Assembly: GCA_036556085.1 (NCBI GenBank)
Contig: DATBKE010000116.1
Coordinates: 2,209-66,208, forward strand
Origin: Acidimicrobiia bacterium
Lineage (GTDB): Bacteria; Actinomycetota; Acidimicrobiia; Spongiisociales; ZC4RG35
Direction of reading: 5' to 3'
Length of the DNA: 64,000 nt
Shown piece by piece: positions 35,867 to 44,097 of this stretch. Each line of letters starts with the position of its first letter. Within the stretch, counting starts at the first letter, position 1. The position numbers and the translations under genes were made by a program. Below the pieces are notes generated by a model that had not been told where the DNA came from, made no database searches, and saw only the letters and a program-made list of their open reading frames with translations.

Positions 35867-38077
35867 TCAGGCGGGCCCGACGGTGACCGGGATGCCGTTC
35901 AGCACCGCATTACCCGATACCGGATCGATCGACCCGTCCGAGAGGAAGTTGACGTTGACGCCGGCATAAGCCGCCGCCACCTGCATGGCCGATCCCAGGC
36001 GACCGTGACCCCACCCGTAAGGAATCGAGACCACCCCCGGACGGATATCGGCAGTGACCTCTACCGGCACCTCCACCTTCCCGGCCGCCGAAGCGACCAG
36101 GGCCTTTTCGCCATTGACCAGGCCCCAGCGTTCGGCATCATCGGGGTGGACCTCGAGCGTGCATCGCTCTCTACCCTTCATCAAGACCTCGACGTTGTGG
36201 GTCCACGAGTTGGCCGACCGCAGTTGGCGCCGGCCCACCAGCATCGCCTCACCATTCCGTCCTTTGGCGATGGCGTCTTGCAATCGCGGGAGGTCGGAGA
36301 TGATCGCCTCGGGTGTCAACTCGATCCGACCAGAAGCCGTGGCGAGTACCTGGTCGAGGCGAGGCTCGAGAGGGCCGAAGTCGATGCCGTGCGGGCTTTC
36401 CTCGAGCTTTTGCAGGCTCAGCCCTCCCGGAGTTGCCCCGAAATGATCGCCGCGGTTGCCGATTCGCAAGAGAAAGTCGAGATTGCGCTCCGGCCAGGGA
36501 CGATCACCGAGGGCCTCAAGGATTTCGACCGGGTCCCGACCGCTGATGGGCGAGTCCGCCTTCTGCACTTCCGCCTGGATGGCACCGGTCAAAGCCGCTG
36601 CTGCGAGCAGGTTGGGATCGGCCTCGGGGCCAAACCCGCTGAAGATGGCGGCCAGCTTGACCAGAATCTCGAACTCGGAGGGCGCCTCGGTTTCGAAAAC
36701 CGGTGGCGAATAGTCGGCGTAGTCCCGGACCGAGAATCCCGTGAAGGCCAGGTCGTAGTGGGATCGCTCGAGAGCAGAAGGGGGAGGCAGCACCACGTCG
36801 GCATGGCGCGAGGTCTCGTTGAGGTAAACGTCGACAGAAACCATGAAATCGAGCCCTTCGAGCGCCTCCTCGAGGGCCGCGCTGTTCGGAGTGGTGAGAG
36901 CAGGGTTGCCGGCCAGGGTCACGAGCATCCGCACCTGTCCCTCGCCGGGGGTGACCATCTCTTCGATCAAGCTCGCCACCGGGAGCTCGCCGATCACTTC
37001 CGGCCGACCGCTCGCCCGCCCGTGCCAGCGCCCCATAACGAAAGGGCGCTTGGCCCGCTGGCCGCCAATGTGCGACGGGTAGGGGAACATGGCTCCTCCC
37101 GCCCGGTCAAGATTGCCGGTGATGACGTTGAGCACGTCAACCGCCCAAGAGGCGGTGGTGCCGAAGGCGACGGTGTGGGTGCCGATCCGGCCATAGACCG
37201 CAGCCCTCCTGGCATGGCTCAGATCCTCCGCCACCACTCGCGTGACCGCTGCGTCCACTCCGGTGAACCCGGCGGTCGCCTCAGGCGTAAAGGGCGCTAT
37301 CAGATCGAGAAGAGCGTCGAAGCCCTCCACTCGATCGCGGAGATGATCGGCCAAGACGGGCCGTTCCTCGAGAATCGCCTGGGCGATCGCGAGGAGAAAG
37401 GCGGCGTCGGCACCGGGGTTGATGGCGATCCAGCGATCGGCTTTGGCGGCGGTCTTCGTCCGGCGGGGATCGACGACGACGAATTTGCCTCCTCGCGCCT
37501 GTAATCGCTCGAGCCGACCGGGGAAATCCGGAGCGGTGCAGAGGGAACCATTTGACTCGTATGGATTAGCTCCCAGCATGAGGAGGTAGTCGGTCCGGTC
37601 GAGATCGGGCACAGGAATGCTGAGTGGATGACCGAACATCAGACCGGCGGAGACATGCTTGGGCAGCTGGTCGACAGAAGAAGCCGAGAACACGTTCTTG
37701 GTGGCCATCGCTTTTATCAGCGGTCGCAGCGCCAAGCTGTTCTCAAACTGGTGAGCATTGGGATTGCCGAGATAGACCGCAGTCGCTTCCCGGCCGTGTG
37801 CGTCAGTGATCTGTACCCAACGATCGGCGATCAGCGCGTACGCCTCTTCCCACGAGGCAGGGCGATGGTGGCCGTCCTCTTTGATCATCGGGGTCCGGAG
37901 GCGGTCCGGATCCTCATAAAGCTGTTTCAACGTCGAGCCTTTGGGGCAGATGAAACCTGCCGACATCACGTGAGATCGGTCACCCCGGATCCGCTTGACG
38001 CGCTCGTCCACGATTTCGATTTCGAGGCCACAGCTCGCCTCGCACAGTGGACAGGTTCGAAAGGCGGCCCGTTCCAT
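35867..38077 (-). CDS. molybdopterin-dependent oxidoreductase (MopB superfamily, FdhF/BisC-like)
   Basis: 736 aa with N-terminal 4Fe-4S motif CPLCEASCGLEI...ICPKG, followed by the molybdopterin-binding and C-terminal dinucleotide-binding regions. Confidence 0.85.
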   Translation of the reverse strand: MERAAFRTCPLCEASCGLEIEIVDERVKRIRGDRSHVMSAGFICPKGSTLKQLYEDPDRLRTPMIKEDGHHRPASWEEAYALIADRWVQITDAHGREATAVYLGNPNAHQFENSLALRPLIKAMATKNVFSASSVDQLPKHVSAGLMFGHPLSIPVPDLDRTDYLLMLGANPYESNGSLCTAPDFPGRLERLQARGGKFVVVDPRRTKTAAKADRWIAINPGADAAFLLAIAQAILEERPVLADHLRDRVEGFDALLDLIAPFTPEATAGFTGVDAAVTRVVAEDLSHARRAAVYGRIGTHTVAFGTTASWAVDVLNVITGNLDRAGGAMFPYPSHIGGQRAKRPFVMGRWHGRASGRPEVIGELPVASLIEEMVTPGEGQVRMLVTLAGNPALTTPNSAALEEALEGLDFMVSVDVYLNETSRHADVVLPPPSALERSHYDLAFTGFSVRDYADYSPPVFETEAPSEFEILVKLAAIFSGFGPEADPNLLAAAALTGAIQAEVQKADSPISGRDPVEILEALGDRPWPERNLDFLLRIGNRGDHFGATPGGLSLQKLEESPHGIDFGPLEPRLDQVLATASGRIELTPEAIISDLPRLQDAIAKGRNGEAMLVGRRQLRSANSWTHNVEVLMKGRERCTLEVHPDDAERWGLVNGEKALVASAAGKVEVPVEVTADIRPGVVSIPYGWGHGRLGSAMQVAAAYAGVNVNFLSDGSIDPVSGNAVLNGIPVTVGPA

Positions 38078-38124
38078 AAATGGAGGTTAGGACGTATCGT
38101 GAGGTCGAGAAGAGGGTTCCCCAG

Positions 38125-39684
38125 ATGACCACCAAGATCACCTACGCCACCATGTCGGCCGACAACGCCGAGCTCAATCAGAGCTTCGACGAGGCGGTCG
38201 AGCGGGTCCGAGCCGGACTCGGCCAGCGACATCCGTTCGTCGTAGACGGGGAGGAGCGCTGGGGGGAGGGCTTTTACGAAGAACGCTCCCCGATCGATTC
38301 CGAAATAGTCGTCGGCAGCTTCGCCCAAGCGACCGATGCCGACGCCAACGACGCCGTCGCGGCCGCGAGGAAGTTCTTCCCCATCTGGGCCGATACACCC
38401 TGGCGGGAACGGGCGACCCTGCTGCTCAGCGCCGCCGACATCATGGAGGCCAGGCAATTCGAACTCGCTGCCTTGGTGGCGATCGAAGTCGGGAAGAATC
38501 GGCTCGAGGCCCTGGGTGATGTGGCGGAGACGGTCGAGTTCTTCCGTTACTACGTCCGGCAGATGGAGGAACACGATGGCTTCGTAACTCCGCTCTCCAA
38601 GCTATCGGCCGTCGAGGACAACCAGTCGGTCCTCCGTCCTTACGGGGTCTGGACGGTGATCTCTCCTTTCAATTTCCCGATGGCGCTGGCGGGCGGACCC
38701 TCGATCGCAGCCCTTTTGACCGGGAACACCGTCGTCCTCAAGCCCTCCAATGCCGGAGCGCTCACCGGTCTCGAGTTCGCCAAAGTGCTGGCGGCAGCGG
38801 GAGTGCCGCCGGCGGCTTTCCAGGTTGTCACCGGATCCGGCAGCAAAGTGGGGGCGACCCTGGTCAACCACCCCGACGTTGCCGGCATCACCTTTACGGG
38901 CTCCTACGACGTGGGGATGGGGATCTACAAGGGCTTCGCCAAAGATTTTCCCAAGCCGGCGGTGTGCGAGATGGGAGGGAAGAACCCCGTGATCGTCACC
39001 GCCACGGCCGACCTCGATGTGGCGGCGGAAGGTGTGACCCGGGCCGCATTCGGATTCTCGGGCCAAAAGTGCTCGGCCAACTCACGGGTCTATGTCGAGC
39101 GTCCGGTATACGACGAGTTCATCGATCGACTGGTGGAACGAACCGAATCGCTCCGGGTGGGAAACCCGCTCGAGAACGGCGTTTTCGTCGGACCAGTAAT
39201 CGACAGCCAGGCCACCAAGCGCTTCGAGGAGGCAGTGGCAGAGGTCAAGGCAAGCGGCGGAGAGGTGCTGGCGGGCGGCGAACTCGTCTCAAAGGACGGG
39301 CTCGAGCGCGGCAACTTCGTCGAGCCCACCGTGGTCACGGCACCGGAGTCCTCCTGGGTGTGGGATCGCGAGCTGTTCCTGCCCTTTGTGGCGGTGATGC
39401 CGGTCGATTCACTCGACGAGGCCCTCACCCGGGCCAACGACACCGAGTTCGGGCTCACCGCTGGTCTGTTCTCAAATGACGAGATGGAAATCGAGGAGTT
39501 CTTCGACCGCATCGAAGCGGGGGTGACCTACGTCAATCGACAGGCCGGGGCGACCACCGGCGCCTGGCCGGACATGCAGTCATTCGGCGGGTGGAAGGGC
39601 TCGGGAACCTCGGGCACGGGTGGCGGCGGTCCCTGGTACCTCCGTCAATACATGCGCGAGCAAAGCCGAACCCGGATCCGCTGA
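38125..39684 (+). CDS. aldehyde dehydrogenase, RocA/PruA-like (L-glutamate gamma-semialdehyde dehydrogenase candidate)
   Basis: ATG 38125, 519 aa. Contains CEMGGKN, FGFSGQKCSANSR and C-terminal FGGWKGSGTSGTGGGGPWYL, which resembles the Bacillus RocA tail. Confidence 0.8.
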   Translation: MTTKITYATMSADNAELNQSFDEAVERVRAGLGQRHPFVVDGEERWGEGFYEERSPIDSEIVVGSFAQATDADANDAVAAARKFFPIWADTPWRERATLLLSAADIMEARQFELAALVAIEVGKNRLEALGDVAETVEFFRYYVRQMEEHDGFVTPLSKLSAVEDNQSVLRPYGVWTVISPFNFPMALAGGPSIAALLTGNTVVLKPSNAGALTGLEFAKVLAAAGVPPAAFQVVTGSGSKVGATLVNHPDVAGITFTGSYDVGMGIYKGFAKDFPKPAVCEMGGKNPVIVTATADLDVAAEGVTRAAFGFSGQKCSANSRVYVERPVYDEFIDRLVERTESLRVGNPLENGVFVGPVIDSQATKRFEEAVAEVKASGGEVLAGGELVSKDGLERGNFVEPTVVTAPESSWVWDRELFLPFVAVMPVDSLDEALTRANDTEFGLTAGLFSNDEMEIEEFFDRIEAGVTYVNRQAGATTGAWPDMQSFGGWKGSGTSGTGGGGPWYLRQYMREQSRTRIR

Positions 39685-40379
39685 CGGCCGTCCTCGTCAC
39701 TGGCGCCTCCGGTCTCCTTGGGCGGCGCGTCGTCCAATCCCTGCAGAGTCGAGATCTCTCGGTTGCAGCCGCACCCCGCGACTTGTCTCAGGTTGACGTC
39801 TCGCCTGTCGATGCGGTGGTGATCTGTGCGACTGATTCCAGCCGGCCCTTCGAAGTCGACCTCGGTCAAATCGACTTTCTCGTCACCCACACCGAAGCTC
39901 ACCTCGTCTATCCCTCGATCGTCGGCTGTGATCTCATGCCGTGGCCGTACTATGAAGCCAAGGCCACCTGCGAGGAGAGCCTTCAGAGCCGGGCTAGTCG
40001 GTGGACGATCATCCGCGCCACCCAGTTCCATCAACTGATCTGGGGTTGGTACACCGCTCCTACCCGCTGGCCCTGGCTGGCGGTCCCCGTCGAGACGCGA
40101 TACCAGGTACTTGATCCTGTGGTTCATGCCGAGGCGCTGGCGGCGGCCGTCTCCGACCAGATGTTCGGCCGCCTCCCTGACGTCGGCGGTCCGTTCGCCT
40201 ATGAGGCGCGGGAGCTGGCCCGCTCCTGCCAGCGGGCGATCGGACGAAAGCGGCCGGTTCTGACCTACAACAAGCGAGGACTGTTCGGCGCCGCCCTTCG
40301 CGCCGGCGCCAACCTCACCCCCAATCGCGCCGGTGGCGAGACCTGGAACGAATTTATTGCCAGGCGAATGAAGCGCTAG
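39591..40379 (+). CDS. NAD(P)H-binding NmrA/SDR-like protein
   Basis: Rossmann motif VLVTGASGLLGRRV. The only canonical start, GTG 39591, overlaps the upstream gene by 94 nt. CTG 39681 overlaps its TGA (CTGA) and would give LTAVLVTGASG. Confidence 0.7.
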   Translation: MEGLGNLGHGWRRSLVPPSIHARAKPNPDPLTAVLVTGASGLLGRRVVQSLQSRDLSVAAAPRDLSQVDVSPVDAVVICATDSSRPFEVDLGQIDFLVTHTEAHLVYPSIVGCDLMPWPYYEAKATCEESLQSRASRWTIIRATQFHQLIWGWYTAPTRWPWLAVPVETRYQVLDPVVHAEALAAAVSDQMFGRLPDVGGPFAYEARELARSCQRAIGRKRPVLTYNKRGLFGAALRAGANLTPNRAGGETWNEFIARRMKR

Positions 40380-41497
40380 CGGGTCGAACCAAACCAGATC
40401 CGGACGCCGTCGGGATCATCGACTCCAAAGACCGTGTCGCCCCATGCCTCGACTTTGAGCTCTCGGGTTACCGGCACTCCCCCGGCAACGAGATGCTCGT
40501 GCCAGGCCACGACATCTTCGACAAAGAATCCCAGCTCGAGTCCGGAAGGACGAGGCCAGCTCGACCCCGGCGGGGGACCGAGCAGCTGCAGCGTCTCCCC
40601 GCCGGCAGCCTCCAACACTGCGCCGGAACCGGTCTCACGATCCCATCCGGTGAGTCGGCGGAACCCGAGGATGCGCTCGTAGAAGTCGACCGAGCGCCCA
40701 AAGTCCGAGACCCGCAGCAAAGCCCGCAGCCCTTCCACCCGACCCGGGGCACGGGTCGGCGCTTCGCCGGTGATGACCCGCCTCGCCTCGGCGATCGTGA
40801 AGCGCCCGGCAGTTACCTCACGCCCGACAATCACCCCTGCCAACCGCCGGGTGCCGACGCTCAGTCGGCGCATGGTGGCGATGTCGTTGAGATCGCGCAC
40901 CCCTCCCGACGCAATGACGGGCTCTTCCACCGCCTTCAACGCCTCGGCCAACACCGCGAACCCGGGGGCTTCGGTCAAGGCGTCGCGCTTTGCCTCCCCA
41001 ATCAGAAATGCGGCCGCTCCGGCCGAAGACATCTCAACCAGGGCCTCCTCGAGATACCGACCCGAGTGTCCTGTCCAGCCGCCGGTGACCACCTCGCCGT
41101 CCGGGAGGACATCGAGGGCGACGGCAACTTTGTCGTGGAAGTTGCGGCACGCCTCCCAGACCATGTTCTGGTTCTCGATCGCCGCCGTCCCCATCACCAC
41201 CCGCCAGGCGCCGTTGTTGATCAGGCGCTCGAGCTCGGACTCAGATCGAACTCCGCCCGCGACTTGGACCGGGATAGTGGCGGCTTTGAGGATCTCGTCG
41301 ATCAGCGGGCGATTGCGGTACTCGCGCCGAATGGCGGCGTCGAGATCGACCACATGCAGGTAGTCAACTCCAAGTCGTTCCCATGACAGGCAGCGCCCGA
41401 TGGGATCGGCGTCGAGATGAACGACCTCCCGCAGATCGCCGTGAGTCAAACGAACGGAGCGCCCGTCCAGGATGTTGACCCGGGCGTAGAGGTCCAT
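40376..41497 (-). CDS. fusion protein: HisA/HisF-family (beta/alpha)8 barrel + C-terminal VOC/glyoxalase domain
   Basis: 373 aa. Residues 1-245 show the HisA-like pattern (LHVVDLDAA, VQVAGGVRS, VALDV, ASGGVRDLNDI, GVIVGRE). Residues 255-373 are VOC-like (LRVSDFGRSVDFYERILGF...DPDGVRIWF). Confidence 0.85.
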   Translation of the reverse strand: MDLYARVNILDGRSVRLTHGDLREVVHLDADPIGRCLSWERLGVDYLHVVDLDAAIRREYRNRPLIDEILKAATIPVQVAGGVRSESELERLINNGAWRVVMGTAAIENQNMVWEACRNFHDKVAVALDVLPDGEVVTGGWTGHSGRYLEEALVEMSSAGAAAFLIGEAKRDALTEAPGFAVLAEALKAVEEPVIASGGVRDLNDIATMRRLSVGTRRLAGVIVGREVTAGRFTIAEARRVITGEAPTRAPGRVEGLRALLRVSDFGRSVDFYERILGFRRLTGWDRETGSGAVLEAAGGETLQLLGPPPGSSWPRPSGLELGFFVEDVVAWHEHLVAGGVPVTRELKVEAWGDTVFGVDDPDGVRIWFGSTR

Positions 41498-41500
41498 GCT

Positions 41501-43339
41501 TCATTCTGCCTTCTGTTTGCCCGTCTCGCCTTCGATACCGAGCGTGGTCTCGACCGCCTCGATGGTCTGCCCCCCTTTTGCCACCGGGGCAAAGAGATCT
41601 CCGAACCGGGCGAGGCGGTCCCAGAAGTTGCCGATGTTGAAATCACCGTTGCGGAGGGTGTCGACCTCTTTCCAGGTGATCGGAAAGGAGATCGGAGCTC
41701 CGGGTCGTGGGCGAACCGAGTAGACCGAGGCGATGGTCTGACCGTAGGCGTTGCGGTTGTGGTCGATGAAGACCTTGCCTTTGCGTTTGGGGATGTCCCA
41801 CTCCATGGTGAGATCAGCGGGGTTGGCAGCGACGAGGAGCTTGCCGATTGCTTCCACCAGCCGCCTTACGCGCGAGTGTCGATACTTGGCCTCGATCGGC
41901 ACGTAGACGTGAAGCCCTTTGGAACCGGAGAGCTTGGGATATCCATTCAGGCCCAGTCGGCCGAGCAGTACTTCGAGGAGCTTCGCTCCGGCCACGACCT
42001 GTTCCCACTCCGCCCCTTCGGCTGGATCGAAATCAAAGATCGCTAGATCGGGATGTTCGAGGTTCCCGGCCCGGGAGTGGAAGGGGTGGATCTCGATGCA
42101 GCCCATGTTGGCGAACCACATCAGCGACTCCCGGTTGGAGGCGAGCAGAAAGTCCTGAGCTCCCCCCGACGAGTCCGACGGCACCGCCGCCGTCTCCATC
42201 CAGGCGGGCTGATGTCCGGGTGCCCGCTTCTCGTAAAAGGTCGGACCATTGATGCCGTCCGGATATCGGGACATGGAAATGGGTCGGTCGCGCAAGTGAG
42301 GCAACAACACTGACGACACCGAGGCGTAGTACTGAATGAGATCGCCCTTGGTGAAGCCCTCGGGGAAGAAGGGCTTGTCAAGGTTCGAGAGCTTGAGCGG
42401 ACGGACTCCGGGAACGAGAAGGTTCTTACCGTCCTTCTTCCCCCTGACCTTGGCCGGGAAATCGATCCGGCCGGAGTCGATGTTTCGTCCTTCGCTCTTG
42501 CTGCTCGGTCCCTTGCTGATCGTTTCCTCGAGCTCGTTTTGGATGGCATCGTGGCTTGATTGCTCTCGCGCCTCGGAGATCACCACCATCGACAGCTCGT
42601 CGTGGAGGGCGGCCTCGATCAGCGGTCCGATCCGGAGGGTGCCTTCGCCGTAGGGGAGGTGTCTCACTTCCCCACCGGCGTTGAAGAGGTTGTCGGTGAA
42701 TTGGGTTTGCAGCGGGTCGATCATCCAGCCGGGAAAGCTCCCGCGAATGAAGCCGATAACCGATTCGAATGCTTCGACGCTGGTGAGGGCTCCGCCGGTC
42801 TGGGCGTGGACGTGAGCCCAGTCGACGATCGGCCGGATGAAGCTGAACTCGTCGGCCAGAAGGGCGATATCACCGAGGGTTCCGAAGTTCCGCTCGGCCC
42901 CGCTCGTCTCGAGCCCGAGACCGACCCCCATCTGCTCGATCTTGGGGCTGATCCTTCGCAGTCGCTCCTGGATCATTCCGGTCAACACTTCGGGGTCGCG
43001 GCCCTGGGCGGCACCGAAGTGGGCGCAGATGATGCGACTGCCGAGAGCCCGGCCCAGCTTCATCGTGTGCTCGAGGGCGGCCAGGCATTGTTTCGCCCTG
43101 TCCTCGTCTTCGACGGTGAGTACGGCGAAGTAGGGAGCGTGGACAGATACCCAGATGTCGCGCTCTCGGGCGAGATCGCCGAACCGTTGACATCGCTTCT
43201 CCTTCCAGGGGAAGGCGGTGACGAAGGCGAGCTCGAAAGCGTTGTGGCCCTTCTTGACGAGATCGTCGAGGAACGCGGCGTCGTCTTCCGGTTTGCCGCG
43301 TGGAAGGCCCGAGATCCCGAAGCGAATCTGGGCCGGCAT
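41501..43339 (-). CDS. fusion protein: endonuclease IV-like AP_endonuc_2 TIM barrel + LigD-type primase-polymerase (AEP) domain
   Basis: 612 aa. N-terminal part has SVHAPYF, ICAHFGA, GLETSG, DWAHVHAQTGG, VRHLPYGEGTL, VVISEA. C-terminal part has KLSNLDKPFFPEG, AIFDFDP, SGSKGLHVYVP, FIDHNRNAYGQT. Confidence 0.9.
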   Translation of the reverse strand: MPAQIRFGISGLPRGKPEDDAAFLDDLVKKGHNAFELAFVTAFPWKEKRCQRFGDLARERDIWVSVHAPYFAVLTVEDEDRAKQCLAALEHTMKLGRALGSRIICAHFGAAQGRDPEVLTGMIQERLRRISPKIEQMGVGLGLETSGAERNFGTLGDIALLADEFSFIRPIVDWAHVHAQTGGALTSVEAFESVIGFIRGSFPGWMIDPLQTQFTDNLFNAGGEVRHLPYGEGTLRIGPLIEAALHDELSMVVISEAREQSSHDAIQNELEETISKGPSSKSEGRNIDSGRIDFPAKVRGKKDGKNLLVPGVRPLKLSNLDKPFFPEGFTKGDLIQYYASVSSVLLPHLRDRPISMSRYPDGINGPTFYEKRAPGHQPAWMETAAVPSDSSGGAQDFLLASNRESLMWFANMGCIEIHPFHSRAGNLEHPDLAIFDFDPAEGAEWEQVVAGAKLLEVLLGRLGLNGYPKLSGSKGLHVYVPIEAKYRHSRVRRLVEAIGKLLVAANPADLTMEWDIPKRKGKVFIDHNRNAYGQTIASVYSVRPRPGAPISFPITWKEVDTLRNGDFNIGNFWDRLARFGDLFAPVAKGGQTIEAVETTLGIEGETGKQKAE

Positions 43340-43429
43340 TTCGGCGAGGATAAAGGAGGGCTGGCGGAACTAGTCAGGTTGTGTGTAATCGCGACCACCC
43401 TGACGTGTCTTGCTCGACGTGCCGAAGAG

Positions 43430-43582
43430 ATGGGGATGAGCACGACGACTCTCGCCACCAAACAGATGATTCCCCTCCTGGGGATGATGTGGCGCGGGAT
43501 GTGGGGCGCCACTGCTGCCACCGCAGCTGCTCAGGTCATCGCTGCCGACGAAGACAGCGACGACGAAGAAACCGCCGCCTGA
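43430..43582 (+). CDS. candidate small protein (50 aa), Met/Trp-rich with acidic tail
   Basis: MGMSTTTLATKQMIPLLGMMWRGMWGATAATAAAQVIAADEDSDDEETAA. High third-position GC. Sits in an otherwise empty 290-bp intergenic region. No clear SD. Confidence 0.3.
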   Translation: MGMSTTTLATKQMIPLLGMMWRGMWGATAATAAAQVIAADEDSDDEETAA

Positions 43583-43629
43583 TTCCTCGCCGTTCATCGA
43601 ACGGCCTCCCATACCTAGGGTGACCCCTG

Positions 43630-44097
43630 ATGCCCGCCGTCACCAAGAGTCCGGCGCTGCGAGCGTTTTGGCGGCTTCACCGGTTCCTGCTCCGAATCAG
43701 CAATGGCCGCTTCTTCACCCGGCTCGGGCCGGGACGCCAGTTGCTGTTGACCACCAGAGGACGTAAATCTGGCGAGCCGAGGCAAGTAGGCCTTACCTAC
43801 CTGGCCGATGGTGATTGGTGGGTAGTGATCGCCTCCAATGCCGGGGAGGACTCGAACCCGGCCTGGTGGCTGAATCTTCTCGCCGAGCCAACAGCCACGG
43901 TGACAGTCGGTGGCGAAACCATCCCGGTCACTGCTCGTGAACTGGAAGAGCCCGAGCGCTCATCGTTCCTCTCTCGCTTTGTTTCAGAGATCGACGCCAG
44001 CTACGCCGAATACCAGCGGCGAACGGCGCGCAGACTCCCTGTGATAGCGCTAGGCCGTGCGGCGGCTGCGAGTCCAGAAGGCGGTTCCCACAAGTAG
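43630..44097 (+). CDS. deazaflavin (F420H2)-dependent nitroreductase family (Ddn-like, split beta-barrel)
   Basis: 155 aa: LLLTTRGRKSGEPRQVGLTYLADGDWWVVIASNAGEDSNPAWWLNL. Confidence 0.85.
   Translation: MPAVTKSPALRAFWRLHRFLLRISNGRFFTRLGPGRQLLLTTRGRKSGEPRQVGLTYLADGDWWVVIASNAGEDSNPAWWLNLLAEPTATVTVGGETIPVTARELEEPERSSFLSRFVSEIDASYAEYQRRTARRLPVIALGRAAAASPEGGSHK

Noticed and set aside
36005-37504. 499-aa plus-strand ORF inside the molybdopterin oxidoreductase gene.
   Set aside because: It is Arg/Gly/Pro-rich with no recognisable motifs and is fully antisense to a 736-aa gene with clear MopB motifs. This is a typical high-GC antisense ORF. The same reasoning rejects 741-1229(+), 10423-11199(+), 15714-16809(+) frames, 28515-29273(-), 34693-35283(+), 50442-51140(-), 52011-52646(-), 62224-63060(+) and similar ORFs.
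35867-38077. Checked the FdhF-like molybdoenzyme for an in-frame TGA (a classical selenoprotein).
   Set aside because: The ORF is uninterrupted from ATG 38077 to its stop. There is no TGA-split reading frame, so it gives no support for Sec usage.
41501-43339. Reading the LigD-Pol gene as part of a complete NHEJ (Ku-LigD) locus.
   Set aside because: No Ku-like and no ATP-dependent ligase ORF is present within the window, and the flanking genes are a HisA-VOC fusion and a Ddn-like reductase.
42560-43429. 340-aa plus-strand ORF overlapping the EndoIV-PrimPol gene.
   Set aside because: It is antisense to a gene with unmistakable LigD-Pol motifs. Only its last 50 codons, which lie in intergenic DNA, were kept as a low-confidence small ORF.
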